Positions 9,296-17,621 of a stretch of DNA of 64,000 nt are shown piece after piece. The notes under the pieces are model-generated. The model was not told the DNA's origin. It saw only the letters and a program-made list of their open reading frames with translations, and searched no databases. The stretch comes from Candidatus Altiarchaeota archaeon (lineage in GTDB: Archaea > Altiarchaeota > Altiarchaeia > IMC4 > SCGC-AAA252-I15), in contig JBDRLL010000010.1 of NCBI GenBank assembly GCA_043813075.1, positions 96,001 through 160,000 on the forward strand. The letters run 5' to 3'. The first letter of the stretch is position 1, and each line of letters begins with the position of its first letter. The position numbers were made by a program, and so were the translations under genes.

Positions 9296-9958
9296 TTAAT
9301 CCTCCCTCAGGGATATCCTCTTTGGGTTGAACGTGTTGTCTATTGTTATCCTCCCGTCCTCAAGGCTTATCGGTATGGTCTGGAAGGATTTCGCCCTGCT
9401 TCTCGTAGCCTTGAATGGTTTTAGGAATTCCTCCCTGCTGGGGTAGTATTCGCTTAGCCTGCATGCGAGCAGCCTCTCGTTCAATGCGGCAGCATGCTCC
9501 CCAGTCTTCCTGTATACTCTCGTTATCCTGCCACCGTCCTTCAGGTGTTTTAGCAGTGCGTAGGTGTCTTCAGGGGTGTCGTATATCCGTCGCGTGGGGT
9601 GTTCGTCGAACTTGAAGCCCATGGATATGCGGGGGTTGTCTATGAGTCCTGGAGTGTTGTACGGGTCTGAGAATATCCTCGCTATCACGCTGCTGTAGTT
9701 GGTGTCTTCCATGCTGGCTAAGGCGATTAATTCTTCGCCAGGCCTCTCAAACAGGTTTAGGCTTGTGCTCGAGTGCTGGCTTCCCTCGTCATTCAGTGGG
9801 ACTTGCACTCCCTTCTGGTGTGTGGCAATCAGTATGGTGTGTTCGCCTGTTTTTTCGACGTATGAGTCGTGGACTCCGGTGGCGTGTTCGATGCTTTTCC
9901 TTATCTCTGAAACCCAGTCTCCGGATATGAGACCAAGTGATAGTATGTACTCCATCAC
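9296..9958 (-). CDS. Degenerate, shortened homolog of class V FBP aldolase/phosphatase
   Basis: Colinear similarity to FBPA/P blocks: IATHQKG, FERPGE, IFSDPYNTPGL, GFKF, TPEDTYALL, ITRVYRKTGEHAA, YPSREEFLKPF. Catalytic Asp/Lys motifs are missing. Confidence 0.7.
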   Translation of the reverse strand: MMEYILSLGLISGDWVSEIRKSIEHATGVHDSYVEKTGEHTILIATHQKGVQVPLNDEGSQHSSTSLNLFERPGEELIALASMEDTNYSSVIARIFSDPYNTPGLIDNPRISMGFKFDEHPTRRIYDTPEDTYALLKHLKDGGRITRVYRKTGEHAAALNERLLACRLSEYYPSREEFLKPFKATRSRAKSFQTIPISLEDGRITIDNTFNPKRISLRED

Positions 9959-9964
9959 AGACCT

Positions 9965-11080
9965 TTATTTCTCCAAGTAATCTTTCACCCTGCTGCCGGT
10001 GCCCCCGGCGTTGAATGCGTTGAAGAACGCTATCGCACTCTCCTTGGTGGCGGAGTCTATCCTCTCGATTGCGTCAGCAGGCAGCGAGTCTATCTCATGC
10101 TTGAATTCCTTGATGCTGTGCTTTATGTTCTTGCCTATGAGCTCTCCCCTGCTGATGTCCGGCTTCTTGGCCTTCGTCTTCTCAGCGTGCTTGCTTGATA
10201 GGGTCCACTCCTCCATCCTCTTCACAAGGCCTTTTGGCATGGTTTCGAGCGCTATGTTCTGCCAGTTAGTGCCCACGTTGCCCTTGAACACGCCTGCTTC
10301 TATCAGGAGGTGCATCAGGTTCAGTGGGGTGCCGGTGATTCCGTGCTGGGCCACGTACACTCCGTGGGGTGCTATGGCGTCTGCTATCGCCTTTGTCCTT
10401 TCCATGTCTATGCCCACCTGTTCCACTATGTTCCCGTCCTTGTCGTAGATGTTGCCGTGTGTCGTGCCGTTGTTGGTGGCCAGGAGGTTTGGGCTGAATC
10501 CCGCGTCTCTTATGGCATTGATGAATGTCTCAGCCTCCTGGACGGTGGTGAGGGCTTGTTTCCCAGTCTTAGGGTCTTTCTTGCCGACTTCACCAACCTC
10601 TACTTCAAGCCCTGCAGTCTCTGGTATGAGCCCCGCAAGCCTTGTGGTTATCTCTATGTTGTCCTTCAGCTGCTCCTTGACAGTGGATGCTTCGATGTTG
10701 AAGTTGTGGCTTGCGTCTATGGCGAATGACGTGAAGCCTGCTGCTATCTCGTCTTTTATCAGCTGTTCGCCAGCCCCCACAGACTCTGGGGTGTTCTCTT
10801 TGATGGTGATGTGGTCGCCGTGTATGGCGTAGGGGATGTCGAACTCCAGTTCTTCAGCAGTCTTGACTATCATGTCAACGAACATTTTCGGGGTCTGGGC
10901 GGTGTATCCTATCTCGCTTTTGGCTATCTCGAACATTACTGTCGCGTCAAGCTCTTTGGCGGCCATCATTATCCCGCGCGTGGAGTGTATCACCCTGATG
11001 TTCGCCGCCATTACAATGCATTTCTCGCCCGCTAGGGCGTTAACCAGGTCCTGGCCTTGAACGGGTTTTGCGTAGTCCAT
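9965..11080 (-). CDS. fba: Class II fructose-bisphosphate aldolase
   Basis: IHGDH, FTSFAIDAS, LEVEVGEVG, NGTTHG, AQHGITG, KGNVGT. Confidence 0.9.
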   Translation of the reverse strand: MDYAKPVQGQDLVNALAGEKCIVMAANIRVIHSTRGIMMAAKELDATVMFEIAKSEIGYTAQTPKMFVDMIVKTAEELEFDIPYAIHGDHITIKENTPESVGAGEQLIKDEIAAGFTSFAIDASHNFNIEASTVKEQLKDNIEITTRLAGLIPETAGLEVEVGEVGKKDPKTGKQALTTVQEAETFINAIRDAGFSPNLLATNNGTTHGNIYDKDGNIVEQVGIDMERTKAIADAIAPHGVYVAQHGITGTPLNLMHLLIEAGVFKGNVGTNWQNIALETMPKGLVKRMEEWTLSSKHAEKTKAKKPDISRGELIGKNIKHSIKEFKHEIDSLPADAIERIDSATKESAIAFFNAFNAGGTGSRVKDYLEK

Positions 11081-11152
11081 GAGAATACATTATGAGTTAT
11101 GTTTTAAAACCAGATGCCAATTATATGTTCTTAAAGCTAATTGTTTGTAAGG

Positions 11153-12475
11153 ATGCGTTTGTATAGGATAGCGGTAATGGTGTTGTTTGCCTACCTGGTT
11201 CTCGTATACTCCGCCTACATATCGTTTCCAAGTATTCCTGCGAACGCGTCTTCCGCGCGCGAGGATGTCACTGATGCCGCGCCTGTTCACGGCCCCGCCT
11301 CTATTGAAGGGGGGTTCTACGGGTACAACATCCTTCTCATAATCGTGGACACGCTCAGGGCCGACCGTCTTGGAGTCTATGGCTATGATAAGAACATCAC
11401 TCCGAATATGGACCTGCTTGCCGCATCGTCGTCAGTGTTCATGAACGCCCACAGCCATGCTCCCTGGACCAACCCCTCTTTATCATCGATACACACTGCG
11501 CTTCACCCGCTAGAGCATGGTGTGACAAAGTGGAACCATCATATCAGTGATAATCTCACCACACTGGCTGAAGTCCTTAATTCGAGCGGATATCATACTG
11601 AAGCCTATGTGAGCATGAGCCTCCTCAAGGAGAAGTACGGTTACATCCAGGGTTTCGACTACTATGACGACTCCATACTGGACGGCTCCTCCATCTACCA
11701 CACGTCATCCTCCCACACGGTGACCGACAACATAATAGGACGGCTTGGCGGCATGCAGCAGCCATTCTTCATATGGGCCCACTACTTCGACCCCCACTTT
11801 AGGTATCAGAAGCATCCTGAATTCGATTTCGGCGACTCTGCGGTCGAAAGATATGATAGTGAGGTGGCGCACACCGACTACCATATAGGTCTTTTGTTGG
11901 ATGATCTTAAGCGGAGGGGTTTGTATGACAAGACGATAATCGTTGTAATAGCGGATCATGGTGAGGAGTTCAGGGAGCACGGGGGCACGCAGCACAGCAA
12001 TACGCTGTATGAGGAGCTGCTTCACGTGCCGTTGATAATACGTGTGCCCGGATTCGAGCATGAAGTCCACGACGAGTATGTCGCATCGTCGGATGTGGCT
12101 CCCACGCTGTTGGGTTTGCTGGGACTGTCATTTCCGGGGGATGTTCATGGCGTTCCGGTGAAGTATGATGGGGGTGGGTTCCACCCGGAGTCCAGGATAA
12201 TCTTGTCTGAAACCCATCGCAAGGCAAATCTCATAAGCATCCTTGACGGGGGGTATAAGCTTATAGTGGATACGGATACTCGGGGCATGGAATTGTATGA
12301 CCTAGTCCAAGACCCTGGTGAAAAAACCAACCTGGTGGATAAGAACAAGAGGAAGAGGGTGTTCCTAAGGCGTAAGCTGATGCAGTTCTACCGGAACCCG
12401 GGGCTGGAGGTCGAGGAATTCGAGCTGACTGAAAGCCAGCTGGAGACCCTCCGCAAGCTCGGATACGTCGACTAG
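11153..12475 (+). CDS. Exported sulfatase-like protein
   Basis: NILLIIVDTLRAD; APWTNPSLSSIHT; HYFDPH; ADHGEEF; C-terminal LRKLGYVD. ATG at 11153 preferred over TTG at 11141. Confidence 0.9.
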   Translation: MRLYRIAVMVLFAYLVLVYSAYISFPSIPANASSAREDVTDAAPVHGPASIEGGFYGYNILLIIVDTLRADRLGVYGYDKNITPNMDLLAASSSVFMNAHSHAPWTNPSLSSIHTALHPLEHGVTKWNHHISDNLTTLAEVLNSSGYHTEAYVSMSLLKEKYGYIQGFDYYDDSILDGSSIYHTSSSHTVTDNIIGRLGGMQQPFFIWAHYFDPHFRYQKHPEFDFGDSAVERYDSEVAHTDYHIGLLLDDLKRRGLYDKTIIVVIADHGEEFREHGGTQHSNTLYEELLHVPLIIRVPGFEHEVHDEYVASSDVAPTLLGLLGLSFPGDVHGVPVKYDGGGFHPESRIILSETHRKANLISILDGGYKLIVDTDTRGMELYDLVQDPGEKTNLVDKNKRKRVFLRRKLMQFYRNPGLEVEEFELTESQLETLRKLGYVD

Positions 12476-12506
12476 TTTTTTAGCCGGCACTCAATATTCT
12501 ATCAGG

Positions 12507-13814
12507 ATGAATTCGAGGAACATTTTACTGTTTTTCATTCTAGTACTGTTTGCGGTCTCAGCATACTCCCTAACCACCCGAATCAAAGTCCGGGAAGAAA
12601 CGCCTTTTAACGGTGTTGGCTTGGGTGGGGATGGTGCCGGCAGCTACCATGGAGCCAACATACTGTTGATAAGCGTTGACTGCATGCGGAAGGATCACAT
12701 TGGCTTTTACGGTTATGCCCGGAACACGACTCCCGTTATAGACGAGCTCGCCGAGTCGTCGACCGTCTTCATGAGGGCCTATAGCCATGCCCCCTGGACA
12801 CACCCCTCCCTGTCCTCACTGCATACTGGACTGCACCCCCTGCAGCATGGTGTCACCGGGTGGAACCATGTACTCAGCGAGAATTTGACTACTCTGGCTG
12901 AAGTGCTCCAGTCGAACGGCTACCATACCGAGGCTTATGTAAGCCATCTGCTCCTCGAGAGCAGGTACGGGTACCCTCAGGGATTTGACTATTACGACGA
13001 GTCGGTCATGGAGATAGGCCACCCTCATCATGTCTCCACGTCAAGGGAGCTGACGGATACGGTGATTAACCGTTCATCCGGGTGGGGGAGTCCCTTCTTC
13101 GTGTGGGTGCACTATTTTGATCCGCACTTCAGGTACATGCGGCATGAAGAATTCGATTACGGTAGGGCTAGTATAGACAGGTATGACAGCGAGATATCGT
13201 ACACCGACTATCATATCGGGCGTCTGCTCGACAATCTTAGGGATATGGGTCTGTATGACAAGACAATCATCATCGTCATGGCGGATCATGGGGAGGAGTT
13301 CGGGGAGCATGGCGGTAACTTGCACAAGAAGCTTTATAACGAGATAATAAACATCCCGTTGATTATGCGTGTCCCAGGGGTCGAGCACAAGGTCGTTGAT
13401 GAGTCTGTTGTTGAGAGCGACTTGATGCCGACGCTCATAAAGCTTGTTGGAGCGAACGCTTCTCTCGACTTATATGGTGTCGCGATGCCTCTCACGGATG
13501 GTGGTTTTGTGCCTGAAGGCAGGGCCGTGTACTCTGAGACCAGGCGATACATTGACTCGATGAGCATAATAGACGGTGAGAGCAAGCTGGTTATAAACAA
13601 TACCCGGAGGGGGACTTCACTGGAGCTGTTTAACCTGACTGCGGATCCGGGTGAACTCAGCAACATAGCATCCAGGAGGGATTCGAGGGCGTTGGCTGAA
13701 AGGCTTCAGCAGAAACTCATCGACTTCTACTCTGAACCTGCTGGTGACGTGGTGTCTCTTGAGCTTAGCAAACAGCAATTGAAGATGCTGAAGGACCTTG
13801 GCTATGTTGACTGA
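12507..13814 (+). CDS. Exported sulfatase-like protein, tandem paralog
   Basis: NILLISVDCMRKD; APWTHPSLSSLHTG; HYFDPH; ADHGEEF; LKDLGYVD. Confidence 0.9.
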   Translation: MNSRNILLFFILVLFAVSAYSLTTRIKVREETPFNGVGLGGDGAGSYHGANILLISVDCMRKDHIGFYGYARNTTPVIDELAESSTVFMRAYSHAPWTHPSLSSLHTGLHPLQHGVTGWNHVLSENLTTLAEVLQSNGYHTEAYVSHLLLESRYGYPQGFDYYDESVMEIGHPHHVSTSRELTDTVINRSSGWGSPFFVWVHYFDPHFRYMRHEEFDYGRASIDRYDSEISYTDYHIGRLLDNLRDMGLYDKTIIIVMADHGEEFGEHGGNLHKKLYNEIINIPLIMRVPGVEHKVVDESVVESDLMPTLIKLVGANASLDLYGVAMPLTDGGFVPEGRAVYSETRRYIDSMSIIDGESKLVINNTRRGTSLELFNLTADPGELSNIASRRDSRALAERLQQKLIDFYSEPAGDVVSLELSKQQLKMLKDLGYVD

Positions 13815-13817
13815 TCG

Positions 13818-15005
13818 TTAGCCGGTCAATTGTTCCATTACTTCAGCCAGCTTATCCTTAGTCATGCCGCCTCCGAAACCCATCCTAAAGTGCTTTAGTA
13901 TGTGTTCGAATCCGCTGAATTTCCCGCCGAAGCTGGAGCCTGGCACAAAACCCGTCTTCTTTTCCGACGCCGTCTTGCGTACGAATTCCTCCGCATCGCC
14001 ACCGTCAGGGGTCGTGGGGAATATCATGTAAGTGCCCGCGGGCTTGTAGGGGAATTCGCACCCCCATTCTGTGAGATAATCCTGCGCCAACCTGCTTTTC
14101 TCCCTGTATCCGTCTACCACAGGCTTCAGGAATGAGAGCTTCGGGTCGTCATCAAGTATTGCGTTTATGCCTGCCTGTATGCCCCTGCTAGCCCCTGCAC
14201 TAAGGTTCCTGAAGTAGAAGCCGACCATCTCGTGTGCCGCGAGTATCTCAGGGGATACTCTTATGAACCCCATCCTCACGTCAGGCTTGATTATCTTCGA
14301 GAATGATGACACAAGACTGACCTTGCTGTTTATCTCCTCGCCAAGGCTTGCTGGAGAAGTGTATGGCGTCCTGTCCCTGTCGAATATGATGTACTTGTAT
14401 GGCTCGTCAGTGATTATCTGGAGGTCGTTGGAGACAGCCCAACCGCACATCTTCCTCAACTCCGACTCTTCCACGAGAGATCCCGTCGGATTTGCGGGAA
14501 GGTTTATGTAGACTCCAGCAGTCTTGTCGGTCAATGCGTTGGAGGCGTTTTCCTCGATGAACCTGCCGTCCTCAAAGAGTGATACTGGCACTCCATTGTT
14601 CCCCGAGTGGGCTATCATGTTGTGTATCGTGCCCCAGCACGGCGTCATGACGAGTATGTCGCTGCCCTGCTTGAATATCGAGAAGATGAACTGAAGCGCC
14701 TGTGAGGCCCCTATGGTGACGTACATCCTGTTGACGTCCTCCTCTGTCAGTATGGCTCCGAAGTTGGATTCCATCTCAACTATGCTCTTCCTCAAGTATT
14801 CTTCGCCGACGAAGGGCGGGTAGCCTGGCAGGCCCTTAACCTCCTGCTCGTAGACTGCTTTAGCGTATTTCTCAAGGATATCCTTTGGTATGGGGTCTGG
14901 TATCCCTATCGTCATCATGTTAACAGCTCCTGACTCTTTCGCCACATTCACCCAGTACCTGATCGGGTCTGGCACAATCCTCCCTAAGTTGTCAGTCAAA
15001 TCCAT
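13818..15005 (-). CDS. PLP-dependent class I/II aminotransferase
   Basis: NLPANPTG, ITDEPY, SSFSK (PLP Lys), RMGF. Start placed at MDLTD (15005) to avoid overlap with pfkA. Confidence 0.88.
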   Translation of the reverse strand: MDLTDNLGRIVPDPIRYWVNVAKESGAVNMMTIGIPDPIPKDILEKYAKAVYEQEVKGLPGYPPFVGEEYLRKSIVEMESNFGAILTEEDVNRMYVTIGASQALQFIFSIFKQGSDILVMTPCWGTIHNMIAHSGNNGVPVSLFEDGRFIEENASNALTDKTAGVYINLPANPTGSLVEESELRKMCGWAVSNDLQIITDEPYKYIIFDRDRTPYTSPASLGEEINSKVSLVSSFSKIIKPDVRMGFIRVSPEILAAHEMVGFYFRNLSAGASRGIQAGINAILDDDPKLSFLKPVVDGYREKSRLAQDYLTEWGCEFPYKPAGTYMIFPTTPDGGDAEEFVRKTASEKKTGFVPGSSFGGKFSGFEHILKHFRMGFGGGMTKDKLAEVMEQLTG

Positions 15006-15018
15006 TTTACCCCTCATT

Positions 15019-16041
15019 CTAGCCGAAGAACTTCTCCGCCAGCTCATACCAGTAGTCGTCGACGCGTTTTTCCTTAACCGCATCCTTCAGGGGGACGGTG
15101 ACTATCTCATCGCATTTCAAGCCCACCATGAGTCCGAACTTCCCTTCAGAGACTAGTTCAACCGCCTTAACGCCGAATCTTGTCGCGAGTATCCTGTCAG
15201 ACACCGTAGGGATCCCACCCCTCTGGGTGTGTCCGAGTATTATAGCCCTAGTGTCGAACCCTGTTATCCTCCTTATCTCGTTTTTCAGCCAGTATCCCAC
15301 TCCCCCGAGAGTATGGTATCCGAAAGCATCCTCCTCCTCCTCTTTTGTTATCGCCTCCTTCCCTTTCTCGTGGGCGCCTTCCGCGACAACCATTATCGTG
15401 AAGTTCCTCCTCTCGTGCCTCTTCCGTATTATCCCGCATACCTCGTTGATGTCAAACGGCTTCTCTGGGATAAGTATTATGTCCGCGCCACCGGCGATGC
15501 CTGACATTACTGCGATCCATCCTGCGTTACGCCCCATGACTTCCACTATCATGACTCTGTGGTGGGATTCTGCTGTAGTGTGGACCCTGTCTATAGCCTC
15601 GACGGCCACGTGGAGTGCGGTGTCGAATCCTATGGTCCTCTCGGTGCCCACTATGTCATTGTCTATGGTCTTGGGTATCCCGACGATGTTGGCTCCAGCC
15701 TCGCTCATGTCGTTTGCGGCACTGAGAGTGCAGTCGCCGCCGATGACAATCAATGCGTCAAGACCAAGCCGTTCATATCCTCCCACAAGGTCTCTGGTCT
15801 TAATGTCCCTCTTGAACACGTTGGACGGCGTGGAACCCAGTATCGTACCTCCCTTCACTATCAGGCCCCCCATGCAGTCCCTGTCCAAGGGCATGGTGTC
15901 GCCGTCTATAAGGCCCTTCCAACCGTCTCTTATGCCTATGAACTCCATGCAGTGCTCGTTTATCCCTGTCCTCACTACCGCTCGTATCGCTGCGTTGAGT
16001 CCTGGGCAGTCTCCCCCGCCTGTTAGCACTCCAACCTTCAT
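15019..16041 (-). CDS. pfkA: PfkA-family 6-phosphofructokinase (group III-like, atypical donor motifs)
   Basis: LTGGGDCPGLN, GGTILG, IGGDCT, PKTIDND, VEVMGR, LGHTQRGG. Confidence 0.93.
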   Translation of the reverse strand: MKVGVLTGGGDCPGLNAAIRAVVRTGINEHCMEFIGIRDGWKGLIDGDTMPLDRDCMGGLIVKGGTILGSTPSNVFKRDIKTRDLVGGYERLGLDALIVIGGDCTLSAANDMSEAGANIVGIPKTIDNDIVGTERTIGFDTALHVAVEAIDRVHTTAESHHRVMIVEVMGRNAGWIAVMSGIAGGADIILIPEKPFDINEVCGIIRKRHERRNFTIMVVAEGAHEKGKEAITKEEEEDAFGYHTLGGVGYWLKNEIRRITGFDTRAIILGHTQRGGIPTVSDRILATRFGVKAVELVSEGKFGLMVGLKCDEIVTVPLKDAVKEKRVDDYWYELAEKFFG

Positions 16042-16048
16042 CCTAAGT

Positions 16049-16984
16049 CTAAAATTCCTCCCTCGCGTCCTTCGCTGTCTTGAATATCTCCTCGAGGTTG
16101 TCTATAAGCTCATCGTTGCCGATGTATATGGGCGTCCTCTGGTCGAGTTTCTTGGGCTTGACGTCGAGGAGCGACTGGCTGCCGTTGCTGGATTTACCCC
16201 CAGCGTTCTCAGCTATCAACGCCATCGGACTGCCCTCGAACACGAGCCTTAGCTTGCCTGAGGGTTTGTTCATGAATGACGGGTATCCGAAGAAGCCGCC
16301 GTGGTGTAGTATCTGGTTGAAGTCGCCGACAAAGGAGCCGCCGTACCTCAGTTTGAGGCCTTCGCTCCTAAGCAGCCTGACGAAGAACTCGAATTCAGGA
16401 ATCCACTTGTCCGGGTTACCGCCCACCCCGTATATCTTCGCTTCAGGCATCTTCATGTCCTCGTGGAGCAGCATGAAGTTCTGATGGCATTTGCTGCATT
16501 TCACGAACTCGTAGACCTTGCCGTCAAACGTCAGGACCAGGCTGGTGAGCGGTCCGTATAGCTTGTACAATGCGGCAACCTGTTTTCTCCCTTCCACCGG
16601 AAGTTTAACGTCCTTGTATATCCCCACTATGGTGCCGAACAGGTTGTTGCTCTTCACGTTCGAGGAGCCGTCCAACGGGTCCATGGTGACTACGAAGGAT
16701 CCGGTGCCGTCTTCCGAGTCGACCGGGCCGTCCAGTTCCTCTGAGGCTACCGTCTTCACGACGCCTGTCTTGAACAATTCTTCCATAAGGAAGTCGTTGG
16801 TCCAGACGTCCAGCGCCTTCTGGTCTTCACCGTAAATGTTCTTGGTCCCAGCGTCGCCGAGCCTGTGTGGGAACTCGTTGCTGACGTGTATCGACAGGTT
16901 GCTGAAGTCTAAAATCAGTTTGCCTAATTCCTCGTCATCGCAGTTTTCCGATAGAAAATCCTCAAGTTTTACTTCTCCATGCAT
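16049..16984 (-). CDS. fbp: Class I fructose-1,6-bisphosphatase
   Basis: GEDQKALD, ASEE, DPLDGSSN, LRYGGSFVGD, GKLRLVFEGSPMA. Confidence 0.93.
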   Translation of the reverse strand: MHGEVKLEDFLSENCDDEELGKLILDFSNLSIHVSNEFPHRLGDAGTKNIYGEDQKALDVWTNDFLMEELFKTGVVKTVASEELDGPVDSEDGTGSFVVTMDPLDGSSNVKSNNLFGTIVGIYKDVKLPVEGRKQVAALYKLYGPLTSLVLTFDGKVYEFVKCSKCHQNFMLLHEDMKMPEAKIYGVGGNPDKWIPEFEFFVRLLRSEGLKLRYGGSFVGDFNQILHHGGFFGYPSFMNKPSGKLRLVFEGSPMALIAENAGGKSSNGSQSLLDVKPKKLDQRTPIYIGNDELIDNLEEIFKTAKDAREEF

Positions 16985-17046
16985 GTTAACACCAGTGGTT
17001 TAACTATATGTAGTGTAATTTAAATCCATCCTTCGTGTATTATTAC

Positions 17047-17604
17047 ATGCCAACGACTACTGACAGTAAGGACGGTTCTTTCCAGCGTGTTAAGCGTATT
17101 CTCGACGAGCGGTCTGGTGATGCGGCGACTCGCGCTAGGGTGGAGGAGGCCGCGAGCTCTGGGAATATAAAGGGTATAGACACTTCTTCCATGGTCATGA
17201 AGGGCGGTATACTGGTCCCCAAGCAGGCTGTCGGGAGGCTTCCTTTGAAGCAGCAGTGGGAGGAGGAGGCTCGGGCAGAGCTTAGGTCAGGCAACACCCT
17301 TGTTGAGGGTTTTGACGGCAGCGTCGAAGGCGGTGTCGGATACTGGGCTAGCGGTAACGAGTTGTTCCAGGCTCAGGTGAGGCAGGAGCCTGCTGGGGGT
17401 GCGAAAGTCACTATCTCCACTAAAGACCCGCGTTTCGACGGTTTTGTTGGGGAGGTATCGTGGGGTGATGAGAGCCGGTATGCATTCTTCAGCAAGTTCG
17501 CTGGCGTGTCGTCGTGCACTGTGGACATGCCGCCAGATTTATTCACTAAAGGCGAGAGGCATAACCTCCTGTTCTCAGACGTCCGCAAGCCTGGGACGAA
17601 GTAG
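17047..17604 (+). CDS. Hypothetical protein
   Basis: Only long ORF in the gap, preceded by TTTAAAT at about 17019-17025; no recognisable motif. Confidence 0.6.
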   Translation: MPTTTDSKDGSFQRVKRILDERSGDAATRARVEEAASSGNIKGIDTSSMVMKGGILVPKQAVGRLPLKQQWEEEARAELRSGNTLVEGFDGSVEGGVGYWASGNELFQAQVRQEPAGGAKVTISTKDPRFDGFVGEVSWGDESRYAFFSKFAGVSSCTVDMPPDLFTKGERHNLLFSDVRKPGTK

Positions 17605-17621
17605 CATGCAACACTATTCTG

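Noticed and set aside
15098-16252. 384-aa plus-strand ORF, and similar long antisense ORFs (7-564, 41444-42196, 35908-36618, 58651-59433)
   Set aside because: These are shadow ORFs opposite well-supported genes, with no motifs of their own.
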